A DNA stretch of 64,000 bases from an uncultured Gemmatimonadales bacterium (GTDB lineage: Bacteria > Gemmatimonadota > Gemmatimonadetes > Gemmatimonadales > GWC2-71-9). Positions 33,570-44,061 of this stretch are shown one piece after another. The position numbers were made by a program, and so were the translations under genes. Below the pieces are notes generated by a model, which was given only the letters and a program-made list of their open reading frames with translations, had not been told where the DNA came from and searched no databases. Each line of letters opens with the position of its first letter. Within the stretch, counting starts at the first letter, position 1. The stretch spans positions 31,538 through 95,537 of the forward strand of contig CAWGDK010000005.1 in the NCBI GenBank assembly GCA_963821385.1, in the 5' to 3' direction.

Positions 33570-34894
33570 GCGGGCTCCACGCGGTCGGTCGCTTCACGCT
33601 TGAGACGCTGCCACCAGTCCATACGTTCTTTCACCGTCTTTTCGTACCCGAAGTCGGTGGGCATGTACCATTGCGCGCCGCGCAACGCCTCCGGCAAATA
33701 CTCCTGCGGCGTGTAGGCCTCCGTGTGGTCGTGCGCATATTGATACTCCGCGCCGTATCCCAGCTCCTTCATCAGTTTGGTGGGCGCATTGCGGATATGC
33801 AGCGGCACCCCCTCCGCCGGGTGCGTCGCGGCAGCGGCCATCGCCTCCCCAAACGCTCGATACAGCCGGTTCGATTTCGGCGCCGTGGCGAGATAGACGG
33901 TCGCCTCGGCCAGCGCGAGCTCCCCTTCGGGAGAACCCAGAAAGTGATACGCGTCCTTGGCCGCGAGCGTGACATTCAGCGCGCGAGGGTCGGCCAACCC
34001 GACATCCTCGCTCGCGATCCGGACTAACCGCCGCGCCAGGTACAGCGGGTCCTCACCGCCGGCCAGCATCCGCGCCAACCAGTACAGCGCCCCTTCGACG
34101 TCGCTGCCGCGGACGGCCTTATGCAGCGCCGAAATGAGGTTGTAGTGCTCTTCACCGCCCTTATCGTACTTGGCAAATCGCTTCTGCAGGGCGTCCGCGA
34201 TCACTGCGCTTGTGAGTCGGCCCTGCCCCTTCAGAAACTCGGCACCCGCCTCGAGGGCCTGCAGGGCACGGCGGGCATCCCCATCCGCTTCGCGCGCCAG
34301 CAATGCCAGTGCCTCGTCGTCGATGGTGAGCGACAACCGAGCCAGGCCCCGGTCGGCATCGGACAGGGCCCGGCGGACCAACGTCGCCACGTGCTCTACT
34401 GTGAGCGGTTCCAGCACGAAGACGCGGCAGCGCGACAGTAACGCGCCCGTGAGCTCGAAGCTCGGATTCTCCGTTGTCGCACCGATCAACGTGACGATGC
34501 CGTTCTCGACCCACGGCAGAAAGGCATCCTGCTGCGCGCGATTGAACCGGTGAATCTCGTCACAAAAGAGGATCGTCCCCTGCCCCTGATACTTGCGGCG
34601 CTCTTCGGCCTCGTGAATGATCTCGCGCACGCGCGCCACGCCCTCGGTGACCGCGGAAAACGGCTCGAAATGACGCTCCGTGTAGTTCGCGATGATGCGG
34701 GCGAGGGTCGTCTTCCCCGACCCGGGTGGGCCCCAGAAAATGCACGAGCCCACATCGCCGCGCCGGATGAGCTCGCCGAGCGCCTTCCCGGGCCCCAGCA
34801 GCTGCTCCTGCCCCAGAAACTGTTCCAGCGTGCGCGGACGCATGCGGGCCGCCAGCGGCTCGGCCGAGCCCTGGAACAACGTGGATTCGGTCAC
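33566..34894 (-). CDS. rarA: replication-associated recombination protein A (AAA+ ATPase)
   Basis: GPPGSGKTTLA, FCDEIHRFN and an MgsA C-terminal region. GTG 34894 overlaps the ZIP stop (GTGA). Confidence 0.9.
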   Translation of the reverse strand: MTESTLFQGSAEPLAARMRPRTLEQFLGQEQLLGPGKALGELIRRGDVGSCIFWGPPGSGKTTLARIIANYTERHFEPFSAVTEGVARVREIIHEAEERRKYQGQGTILFCDEIHRFNRAQQDAFLPWVENGIVTLIGATTENPSFELTGALLSRCRVFVLEPLTVEHVATLVRRALSDADRGLARLSLTIDDEALALLAREADGDARRALQALEAGAEFLKGQGRLTSAVIADALQKRFAKYDKGGEEHYNLISALHKAVRGSDVEGALYWLARMLAGGEDPLYLARRLVRIASEDVGLADPRALNVTLAAKDAYHFLGSPEGELALAEATVYLATAPKSNRLYRAFGEAMAAAATHPAEGVPLHIRNAPTKLMKELGYGAEYQYAHDHTEAYTPQEYLPEALRGAQWYMPTDFGYEKTVKERMDWWQRLKREATDRVEPA

Positions 34895-35610
34895 CAGATC
34901 CGCTCGAGCAGCAGTTTGGTCGCGTAGAACACCGCGGCGCCGGCAAAGAAGGCGGCCGGGAGCCCCCATCCCCGCTTCCCCTGGAATTCAGGTACCAGAT
35001 TGGACGCGGCGACATACAGGGTGACGCCTCCCGACAGCGCGAGGCCATGGGTGACCAGCACCCCGACGTAGTCCGTGAGGAGCACTCCAGCCACGGTCGC
35101 CGCGCCCAGCAGAGCCGCGGCGCGCAGGGCGACGACGGGAGAGCGGCCCCCCGCCAGCATCAGACTGGCGATGGTCACGCCTTCCGGAAGCTTGTGGAGC
35201 AGGATCGCGACGAACACCATCACGCCCAGCTGGGGGCCAATGAGGAACGCGCTCGCGATCGCCACGCCATCGAAGAAAGTGTGCAGCAACAATCCAATAA
35301 GCGCCGACGTGCCCGCGACGGCGCTGACGCTGTGCGTCTCTTCGCCGAAGTGAAAGTGGGGGGTCACGGTGTGCTGGGTGAGATGGACCGCCAGGTAGCC
35401 GGCCAGGATCATCGCGGGGGCCATGGGGCCGCTCCGCACCAGGGCCGCGGGGACGATCTCCGTGAGGCACACCGCCAGCATGAACCCCGCCCCGAACGCG
35501 ACGAAGTACCCGATCGCCCGGAGCCCGGCGGTGGCGTTCCGGGTGACGGCGACCGCGCCGATGACGTTCCCCGCCGCCGCCACGACGGCGTACACCAAGG
35601 CGCCGTTCAT
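34891..35610 (-). CDS. zupT: ZIP family divalent-metal transporter
   Basis: Eight hydrophobic segments and the HKLPEG motif. ATG 35610 overlaps the cca stop (ATGA). Confidence 0.8.
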   Translation of the reverse strand: MNGALVYAVVAAAGNVIGAVAVTRNATAGLRAIGYFVAFGAGFMLAVCLTEIVPAALVRSGPMAPAMILAGYLAVHLTQHTVTPHFHFGEETHSVSAVAGTSALIGLLLHTFFDGVAIASAFLIGPQLGVMVFVAILLHKLPEGVTIASLMLAGGRSPVVALRAAALLGAATVAGVLLTDYVGVLVTHGLALSGGVTLYVAASNLVPEFQGKRGWGLPAAFFAGAAVFYATKLLLERIW

Positions 35611-36797
35611 GCCGCCTTCACCCACTCCCGGACACGGGCGAGCAGGTGGTCGCGGGTGTTGCGACCCGGATCCTCCAGCACGTCGGCGAGGAGGCGCTGC
35701 AGCATCTCGCCCACATCCGGACCGGGTCGCACACCCGCCGCGATGAGGTCCTCGCCACGTACGGCGAGCTCCTTCAGCGACAACGGATCACCCGCGGCCC
35801 GAATCGCGGTCACCACCTTCGGCAGGCTCTGATGCGACTCGGTCGCCCCGAGCACCGCCAGGAGATCATCGGCGGCCGGCCCCGTCTCGGACAGCCAGCG
35901 CCGGACGTCGGCGATCCGCTTCGGATCCGGATAACGGTCGCGCCAATCGCGCAGCGCCCGGCCGCGTTCGATGTCCCGGTTGGCGCATTTGAGACGCGTG
36001 AGCAGCGACGCGGGATCGGAGGCGAGCACCGCGGTGACGAGCACGGGATCCCGCGGCAGCTTGTCGATCGTGCCCGAGTCCCCGTTGCCCGTGCGGAGCT
36101 CCGGCAGCCAGATGCGCGCCGCGCCCACGTCCCGCCACAGGGCCACCAGCTTCGATACGCGCCGCGCCGTCAGAATGCCCTTGAACCACTCATCCCGGAC
36201 GCGTTCCGCCGAGAGCTGCGACAGGCCCTGCACGTTGGCCTGCGCCGCCTCGCGCGTCGGCGGGTGAATACGGAACTCGAACCGGGCCGAGAATCGCAAC
36301 GCCCGGAGAATGCGGAGGTAATCCTCCTGAAAGCGCCAGTTGGGATCGCCCACGGCGCGGATCAGCTTCCGATCCAGATCTTCAATGCCGTGAAACGGGT
36401 CACGCCACTCGTGGCGGATGGGGTGATAGGCAATGGCGTTGATGGTAAAATCGCGGCGCGCCAGGTCATCGGTCAGCGAGACCCCGAATTCCACGCGCGC
36501 GTGACGCCCATCGGTTTGGACGTCCTTGCGAAACGTCGTCACCTCGTGCGGCTGGTTCTCCGCATCCAGCACCGCCACCGTGCCGTGCTCCACGCCGATC
36601 GGCACGGTGCGTCGAAACAGGCGCTGCACCGCTTCGGGTGGCGCCGCCGTCGTCAGATCAAAATCGTGGTGCGGCACTCCCAGCAACGTGTCCCGGATCG
36701 CGCCCCCGACGCACCACGTCTCGAACCCGGCCTCTTCCAGTTTGCGGGCGATGCTCAACACCTGCCGTGGAATCTGCAATCGGTCAGGCACGCTCAT
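35607..36797 (-). CDS. cca: tRNA nucleotidyltransferase / poly(A) polymerase family (CCA-adding enzyme)
   Basis: GGAIRDTLLG..DFDL nucleotidyltransferase motif. ATG 36797 overlaps the SDR stop (ATGA). Confidence 0.8.
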   Translation of the reverse strand: MSVPDRLQIPRQVLSIARKLEEAGFETWCVGGAIRDTLLGVPHHDFDLTTAAPPEAVQRLFRRTVPIGVEHGTVAVLDAENQPHEVTTFRKDVQTDGRHARVEFGVSLTDDLARRDFTINAIAYHPIRHEWRDPFHGIEDLDRKLIRAVGDPNWRFQEDYLRILRALRFSARFEFRIHPPTREAAQANVQGLSQLSAERVRDEWFKGILTARRVSKLVALWRDVGAARIWLPELRTGNGDSGTIDKLPRDPVLVTAVLASDPASLLTRLKCANRDIERGRALRDWRDRYPDPKRIADVRRWLSETGPAADDLLAVLGATESHQSLPKVVTAIRAAGDPLSLKELAVRGEDLIAAGVRPGPDVGEMLQRLLADVLEDPGRNTRDHLLARVREWVKAA

Positions 36798-37555
36798 CCG
36801 CACAACACCGAACCGCCATTCACATTCAGGACTTCTCCCGTGATGTGCCGCGCCAGATCGGAGCACAGGAACACGATGGGACCCGCCACGTCCGCCGCGG
36901 TCGCCACCCGGCCGAGGGGAATGCCGCGCTCGATCATGCGCCGGCCGTCGCCGCCATCGCGCGCGTACGGCTGTTGCGCCATCTCCGTGTCCACCCACCC
37001 CGGGGCGACGCAGTTCACCGTGATGCGCGGCGCCAGCTCCACCGCCAACGATTTGGTCAGGGCCATGATCGCGCCCTTGGTGGCCGCATAGTCGGCGTGA
37101 AATGCTTCGCCGCGTTGCCCGGCTGTGGACCCCACCAGCACCACCCGCCCGCCGTCCGGCAAATGGGGAATCGCGGCGCGGCAGACGAAGAACACGCTGT
37201 CGAGGTTGGCGCGCCGGGTATCTTCCCACTGCCGGTCGCGCATCTCCGCGAGCGCGGTGTCGTCGGGTGGCCAGATGCCGTGGTTCACCACCAGGAGATC
37301 GAGTCCCCCCAGCGCCTCCACGACGTCCAGAATGGCGCGCTTGGCGATCGCCGGATCACCCAGGTCGCCGCCGATGGGGACCGCGCGGCCCGGACCAGCG
37401 GCGATCGCCCGGACGGTGTCCTCCGCGTCCTCGCGGCGATTCCGATAGCCGACCGCGACATCCGCTCCGGCGCTGGCGAGAAGCCGCACCGTCGCCCGGC
37501 CGATGCCGCGGCCCCCACCCGTCACGAATGCCCGCCGGCCGGTCAGGTCGATCAC
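36794..37555 (-). CDS. short-chain dehydrogenase/reductase (FabG-like)
   Basis: TGGGRGIGRA cofactor motif and YAATKGA catalytic motif. GTG 37555 overlaps the gmhA stop (GTGA). Confidence 0.85.
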   Translation of the reverse strand: MIDLTGRRAFVTGGGRGIGRATVRLLASAGADVAVGYRNRREDAEDTVRAIAAGPGRAVPIGGDLGDPAIAKRAILDVVEALGGLDLLVVNHGIWPPDDTALAEMRDRQWEDTRRANLDSVFFVCRAAIPHLPDGGRVVLVGSTAGQRGEAFHADYAATKGAIMALTKSLAVELAPRITVNCVAPGWVDTEMAQQPYARDGGDGRRMIERGIPLGRVATAADVAGPIVFLCSDLARHITGEVLNVNGGSVLCG

Positions 37556-38124
37556 TCCGTGAGTCGCTCCTCGACCCAATCGCAGATCAGATGCTCCACG
37601 GCGAGGTGCAGTTCCTGGATGCGCGCGGTGTCCTCACTCGGCACCACGAGCGCGACGTCCGCCAGATCCTTCAATTGACCACCGGTGCGCCCCAAAAAGG
37701 CCACGACCTCCACCTGCCGGGCCCGCGCCGACTGCGCCGCGCGGATCACATTGGGACTCTCACCGCTGGTCGAGTGCAGCACCAGCACATCCCCCGGTCG
37801 GGCCAGAGCCTCCACCTGCCGGGCGAACACTTCGTCGAACCCCATGTCGTTGGCGGCCGCGGTCAAGAGCGAGGTATCGGTCGTCAGGGCAATCGCCCGC
37901 AATGCGGGACGCTGCGTTTGATAGCGCACCACGTATTCGGTCGCGATGTGCTGGGCGTCGGCGGCGCTGCCGCCGTTGCCGGCGAAGAACAACGTCCCCC
38001 CGCGACGGAGGGCGGCCTCGTAGCGGAGCGCGATCGCCCCGATCGTTTCCGCTTGCTCCGCAGCCACGCGATTGGCCAGCGCGACCAGCCGCCCGAGACC
38101 TTCCCGGACTTGGTCCGGGGTCAC
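37552..38124 (-). CDS. gmhA: SIS-domain phosphoheptose isomerase
   Basis: FAGNGGSAADAQHIATE and STSGESPNV motifs; 190 aa from GTG 38124 (GTGA overlap). Confidence 0.8.
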   Translation of the reverse strand: MTPDQVREGLGRLVALANRVAAEQAETIGAIALRYEAALRRGGTLFFAGNGGSAADAQHIATEYVVRYQTQRPALRAIALTTDTSLLTAAANDMGFDEVFARQVEALARPGDVLVLHSTSGESPNVIRAAQSARARQVEVVAFLGRTGGQLKDLADVALVVPSEDTARIQELHLAVEHLICDWVEERLTE

Positions 38125-38858
38125 GCGCGACCGCCCCGCACCGCGTGAACAAATGCCGCCAGCGTGTGTCCACCCTCCTGCTCGAGCGCCGTCCCGATCA
38201 CCACGAAATCCGCCCCGGCGCTGCGTGCGGCGGCGGCCGTTTCCGGATTCCTGATGCCCCCGCCCACAAACAGGGGCACGCCGGGATCTTCCAGACAGCT
38301 GCGGCATGCGGCGATCACCGCCGCCGGAACGGGACGGTCCGCGCCGCTGCCGGCGTCCAGGTAGATCGCCTGCATCCCGATTAGACGGGCGGCCCGTACG
38401 TGCGCGGCGACCAGCTCCGGCTTGTCAGCCGGGAGCGGCCGTGTCTGACTCACGGCCTCGACGCTCGTGACCCTGCCCCCGTCGATCAGGAGGTAACCCG
38501 TCGACAAGGTCGGGACCGGGTGCCGTTGCAGAAACGGCACCGCCCGCACGTGCTCTTCGATCAGGTATTGCGGGTTGCGTCCCGAAACGAGGGAGAGGAA
38601 GAGAATGAGGTCGACCTGATCCGTGAGCTGCATCGCCGACCCGGGAAACAACACGACGGGGAGTCCCGGAGCGCTGGCGCGGACGGCGGCGGCCACCAGA
38701 TGGGTCTCGCGGGTGCCGTCGAACGATCCGCCGATGAGCAGGCCGGCCGCTCCAGCGTCGCGGGCCTCGACGGCCAGTCGCGCGGCCGCCGCGGGCTCGC
38801 TGCGGCCCGGATCGACCAATACGAGCACTCCGGGCCGGGGCCCCAGCAGGTCCGTCAT
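38121..38858 (-). CDS. pcrB: (gerany)geranylglyceryl / heptaprenylglyceryl phosphate synthase family protein (PcrB/GGGPS)
   Basis: LIGGS, VLFPGS, SLVSGRNPQYLI, YLDAGSGA and GGGIR blocks in the family order. ATG 38858 overlaps the upstream stop (ATGA). Confidence 0.65.
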   Translation of the reverse strand: MTDLLGPRPGVLVLVDPGRSEPAAAARLAVEARDAGAAGLLIGGSFDGTRETHLVAAAVRASAPGLPVVLFPGSAMQLTDQVDLILFLSLVSGRNPQYLIEEHVRAVPFLQRHPVPTLSTGYLLIDGGRVTSVEAVSQTRPLPADKPELVAAHVRAARLIGMQAIYLDAGSGADRPVPAAVIAACRSCLEDPGVPLFVGGGIRNPETAAAARSAGADFVVIGTALEQEGGHTLAAFVHAVRGGRA

Positions 38859-39154
38859 GGAGTCTCTCCCGCCACGCGGCGGGCCAGGGCCGTCACACCC
38901 CGGGTGTCCGCTTCCGCCTGCGCCTCGAAGGCATACGTGACCAGCGCGTCCGCGGCCAGCAGGTCCAGCGCCAGCTCGCGGCCGCCTTCGGGCCGGCTCA
39001 ACACCCGGTCCAGGAGGGCCACCCCCGCATCGGCCAGGTGATCCGGCAGACTCCCCGGTGCGTCCTGGACCACGCCCAGCAAATGGCGGCGCAACGTCGG
39101 CGGCGGGGCCGGACGCCGCGCGTCCACCCAGGCCATGAGCTCGTCGCGCCTCAC
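38855..39154 (-). CDS. hypothetical 99-aa protein translationally coupled to alaS
   Basis: ORF bounded by ATGA overlaps on both sides. Composition looks coding, but I recognise no motif. Confidence 0.45.
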   Translation of the reverse strand: MRRDELMAWVDARRPAPPPTLRRHLLGVVQDAPGSLPDHLADAGVALLDRVLSRPEGGRELALDLLAADALVTYAFEAQAEADTRGVTALARRVAGETP

Positions 39155-41763
39155 CGCTGCAACAGTCCCCGGACGATTTCGCCGGCGCGTTCCCGAGCCA
39201 AGGAGAGTTTTTCCGGGTCGCCGGCACCGGCCGACGCGAAGTGCGACTTCCCGCCGCCCTTCCCGCCGGTCACCGCCGCAATGGCCCCGGCGATTTCACC
39301 GGCCTTGACGCCCGTCCCGACCAGATCCTCCGTCACCGCGACGTGAATGCCGGGACGCGCGCCGGTGGTGAACAAGACGCGGATGGCATGGCGATGGCGC
39401 TCGCGAAACGCGTCCATGGTGAGCGCGATCTGGTGGCGGTCTTCCAGGTCAGACACGTCGAGGTGGAGCTCGACCTCGCCGATCCGCTCCATGGTGCCCT
39501 GCGCACTCGAGCCCGGGGCGTTTCCACCCGCCCGCAGCAGCTCGGAGACGCGTTTCTCCAGTTTGCGATTCTCGTCCAGCAGCGACTCCAACCGATGCAC
39601 CAGATGCTCGGGCCTCGTCTTCAAGACGGCGGAGGCCTCGTCCAGCCGACGCTCCAGGTCACGCGCGAGCCGGTACGCGGTGGGCCCCGTGATCGCCTCG
39701 ATGCGGCGGACGCCTGCCTGCGAGCCCGTCTCATGGGTGAAGCGGAACAGCGCGATCTCGCCCGTCGTCCCCACGTGCGTGCCGCCACACAGCTCCAGCG
39801 AGACCCCCGCGACGTCCACCATGCGCACGACGTCGCCGTACTTCTCGGTAAAAAATGCCATCGCCCCGGCGGCGAGCGCTTCCTTGTACGGCAGCTCGCG
39901 CGTCGTCACCGACAGGTTGGCCCACACGTGCTCGTTCACCTCTTCTTCGATGGCGCGCAGTGTGGGCTCGTCCACCGGGCCATGGTGGGTGAAATCGAAG
40001 CGCAGGCGGTCCGGCGCCACCACCGATCCGCTTTGACGCACGTGCGGTCCCAGGATCTTGCGGAGCGCGGCGTGCACCAGGTGGGTCGCCGTATGGTTGC
40101 GCGCGATGTTGTGGCGGCGCGACTCGTTGACGCGCGCTTCAATCGGCGTGGGGTCGAACGGCTCCGGGAAATGGCCCACCACCGCGTTCTGGCCATCCGC
40201 TTTTGCGACGTCTTCCACGGTGAGCTCCCAACCGTCTCCCGTCACCACGCCGGTATCACTGACCTGCCCCCCGGATTCGGCGTAGAACGGATTCTCCTCG
40301 AGTACCAACTCGAGCACGTCCCCCGATTGTCGAAACGCCAACACGTCAGTCTCGGCCCGAGTGCGCTCGTAGCCGATCCATCGCTGCCGGCTTCCGGGCT
40401 TCACCGCCACCCAATCCCCGGCCCCGGCCGCCCGCCGGATGACGGGGCCGGAGGGTCGGGCCTTGCGCGAGCGCTCGCGCTGGGCGCCCAGCGCTTTTTC
40501 GAACCCTGCGGCGTCCACGGTTTGCCCGCGCTCGATCGCGATCAACTGGGTCAAGTCGAGCGGGAAGCCGTACGTGTCGTACAGCTTGAACGCTTCGTCT
40601 CCCGCGATCGCACGCGCGCCCTTCAGCTCTTCGAGCCGGCGCAACCCGCCCTCGATCGTCTCGAGGAACCGCTCCTCTTCGGCGCGCGTGACCTTGAGAA
40701 TGTGCGCGCGCTTGGCGTCGAGCTCAGGGTACGTGACGTGCATCAGGTCGATCACGCCTTCGGTGAGCGCCACGACGGTCGGCTCGCGGCGCCCCAGCAA
40801 CCAGGCGTGCCGGACGGCACGGCGCAGAATGCGGCGCAGCACGTAGCCGCGCCCATCGCTCGAGGGGTAGACGCCGTCGGCGAGCAGGAACGCGACGGCC
40901 CGTGCATGATCGGCGAGCACGCGATAGGGCGCCCCCGAGGGCCCCCGATCGTACGGGATGCCGATGACCTCCACCGCGCGCTCGAACAGTGGAACGAAGA
41001 GATCGATATCAAAATTGGATGGCACCCGCTGCATCACCGAGGCGATGCGCTCCAGCCCCGCTCCGGTATCCACCGAGGGCGCGGGCAGCGGCGTCCGGGA
41101 TCCATCGGGCTGCTGATCGAACTGCATGAACACGAGATTCCAGACTTCCAGCAGCGCACCGGCTTCGTTCAAGGCGACGAATTCCTCGAGCGTCGGCGGC
41201 CGGGTTCCCGCTCCACGCTCGCGGATGTCCACCGCGATTTCAGAGCACGGGCCGCAGGGCCCCGTCTCGCCCATTTGCCAGAAGTTGTCCGCGTCCCCCA
41301 GACCGTAGATACGGTCGTCCGGGATCCCGGTGACCTGGCGCCACAACACCCGCGCCTCGTCATCGGAGTGATGCACCGTGACGTAGACCCGATTGGGGTC
41401 GATCCCGAGCCACCGTTCGCCCGTGATCCACTCCCAGGCGTATTCGATCGCTTGCTGTTTGAAGTAGTCGCCGAAGCTGAAGTTGCCGAGCATCTCGAAA
41501 AACGTGTGGTGCCGCGCGGTATGGCCGACTTGTTCCAGATCGTTGTGCTTGCCGCCGGCCCGTACGCACTTCTGGCAGGTCACGGCGCGGGCGTAGTCGC
41601 GGCGTTCCAGACCCTGGAACACGCGCTTGAACTGCACCATGCCGGCATTCGTGAACAGCAGGGTGGGATCGTCCGCGGGCACCAGACTTGCGCTCGGCAC
41701 CTCCCGATGTTGCCGGGCCGTGAAGTACTCGAGGAACTTGCTGCGGATTGCGGCGGCCTTCAT
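39151..41763 (-). CDS. alaS: alanine--tRNA ligase
   Basis: 870 aa. FTNAGMVQFK, class-II core, editing-domain HxxxH (NHTATHL), C-terminal DHHA1-like region. Confidence 0.95.
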   Translation of the reverse strand: MKAAAIRSKFLEYFTARQHREVPSASLVPADDPTLLFTNAGMVQFKRVFQGLERRDYARAVTCQKCVRAGGKHNDLEQVGHTARHHTFFEMLGNFSFGDYFKQQAIEYAWEWITGERWLGIDPNRVYVTVHHSDDEARVLWRQVTGIPDDRIYGLGDADNFWQMGETGPCGPCSEIAVDIRERGAGTRPPTLEEFVALNEAGALLEVWNLVFMQFDQQPDGSRTPLPAPSVDTGAGLERIASVMQRVPSNFDIDLFVPLFERAVEVIGIPYDRGPSGAPYRVLADHARAVAFLLADGVYPSSDGRGYVLRRILRRAVRHAWLLGRREPTVVALTEGVIDLMHVTYPELDAKRAHILKVTRAEEERFLETIEGGLRRLEELKGARAIAGDEAFKLYDTYGFPLDLTQLIAIERGQTVDAAGFEKALGAQRERSRKARPSGPVIRRAAGAGDWVAVKPGSRQRWIGYERTRAETDVLAFRQSGDVLELVLEENPFYAESGGQVSDTGVVTGDGWELTVEDVAKADGQNAVVGHFPEPFDPTPIEARVNESRRHNIARNHTATHLVHAALRKILGPHVRQSGSVVAPDRLRFDFTHHGPVDEPTLRAIEEEVNEHVWANLSVTTRELPYKEALAAGAMAFFTEKYGDVVRMVDVAGVSLELCGGTHVGTTGEIALFRFTHETGSQAGVRRIEAITGPTAYRLARDLERRLDEASAVLKTRPEHLVHRLESLLDENRKLEKRVSELLRAGGNAPGSSAQGTMERIGEVELHLDVSDLEDRHQIALTMDAFRERHRHAIRVLFTTGARPGIHVAVTEDLVGTGVKAGEIAGAIAAVTGGKGGGKSHFASAGAGDPEKLSLARERAGEIVRGLLQR

Positions 41764-41806
41764 CTGGGCAATATAGCCCGCGTCAGGGGCAAGCCCAAGG
41801 AATGGG

Positions 41807-42451
41807 CTAAGTTACCTCGCCTGTGCGAACCACATCCTCAACCACGGTGCGCACCGCCGCCCCGTAATAGCCGCGTCGCGACAGGTAGGCTGTGAGCCGG
41901 CGCCGCTGGGTCGGCACCGGCAGGTCCCGCAGCTGCGCCGCCCGGCGTTGGGCAACGAGCCGCAGACTCGCCTCCGGGTCGATGCCTTCGTCCGCCAGTG
42001 TGGTGCGCACGGCGGCTTCCGCGGACCGTCGATCCAGACCATACCGCAACAGGTCCTGCACGAGACGGGCGGGGCCACGGCCGCGCGCCGCCCGCGTGGC
42101 CACATAGTGCTCAGCGAACCGGCCATCATCGATCAACCCTCGCGTCGCCAGGCGTTCCAGCGCCACGTCCACCGCCGCGGGCGGGTGCTGCTTCAGAATC
42201 AGGCGACGACGGAGATCGCGACAGGCATGCGGGCGGCGCGTCTGCGCCCGCAGCGCGGCCCGGTGCGCCGCTTCGACATCCGCCAGGTGTTGCAAGCGAT
42301 CGAGCGCCGCCACGTCGAGGGTCACGCCGGGCGCGAGATCCAGACCGTCCAGCGCCGCGGCCGGCAAGGACGCAAATCGCCCCCGGTCCACCTCCAGAAC
42401 CCGGTATCCCGGGCGGCGGGGATCGAGGGCGATGTCCGTGAGAACGGGCAC
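41807..42451 (-). CDS. recX: recombination regulator RecX
   Basis: Three-repeat helical RecX pattern directly downstream of recA. GTG 42451 follows the recA stop; the ATG 42481 alternative overlaps recA. Confidence 0.7.
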   Translation of the reverse strand: MPVLTDIALDPRRPGYRVLEVDRGRFASLPAAALDGLDLAPGVTLDVAALDRLQHLADVEAAHRAALRAQTRRPHACRDLRRRLILKQHPPAAVDVALERLATRGLIDDGRFAEHYVATRAARGRGPARLVQDLLRYGLDRRSAEAAVRTTLADEGIDPEASLRLVAQRRAAQLRDLPVPTQRRRLTAYLSRRGYYGAAVRTVVEDVVRTGEVT

Positions 42452-42452
42452 G

Positions 42453-43517
<1,065 letters not shown>

Positions 43518-43567
43518 GAGAATCCTCGACATGAGTTGCGGGCCTCGTCGCTTGAAGGAGACCCGAA

Positions 43568-43595
43568 TATATACCGAAGTTGTACTTAGCGCCAA
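43568..43595 (-). promoter_or_regulatory. candidate sigma-70-type promoter of recA
   Basis: Minus strand TTGGCG-16 nt-TATATA in a local low-GC island, about 50 nt upstream of the recA start. Confidence 0.3.
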
Positions 43596-43978
43596 CCAGG
43601 CCGAAACGCGTCTTCAAGATGCTGTAACTTATTGTTAAGTAATGCGATACAATCGAACCGATAGATGTCCGGGGGCCGGCCATGCCGGTCGATCCAGACC
43701 CGTGCCGCCTTCACGATCTCACGCCGCTTGGCGCCCGTGATGGCTTCCAGCGGGCTGCCGAAGCCCTCGCCGCGACGCGCCTTCACCTCCACGAAGCTCA
43801 CCAGGGCCCCGCGGCGGGCGACGATGTCGATCTCCGCCCGCCCCACTCGCCACCGATGGGCCAACACCGTCCAGCCGCGACTTATGAGGTAGCGCATCGC
43901 CTGTTGCTCGGCCGCGAGGCCCTGTCGCTGGCGCTCGTCCTTCCAATCGGCGGGATCGCTACGCAGGCCGCTGTGCAC
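43586..43978 (-). CDS. yraN: YraN family (UPF0102) endonuclease-like protein
   Basis: [29 protein letters not shown] pattern. Confidence 0.7.
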   Translation of the reverse strand: MHSGLRSDPADWKDERQRQGLAAEQQAMRYLISRGWTVLAHRWRVGRAEIDIVARRGALVSFVEVKARRGEGFGSPLEAITGAKRREIVKAARVWIDRHGRPPDIYRFDCIALLNNKLQHLEDAFRPGWR

Positions 43979-44061
43979 GAGGAGAACCTAACGGCTGCGC
44001 AGCACCGACCGTCACCAGAACCGCGCACTCCGTGTCGGAATAATGCGCGATCCGCGAACCG

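Noticed and set aside
43560-43600. GTACAACTTCGGTAT upstream of recA as a cyanobacterial-type LexA box (RGTAC-N-GTWC).
   Set aside because: The half-site spacing is wrong (7 rather than 4 nt) and the second half-site does not match.
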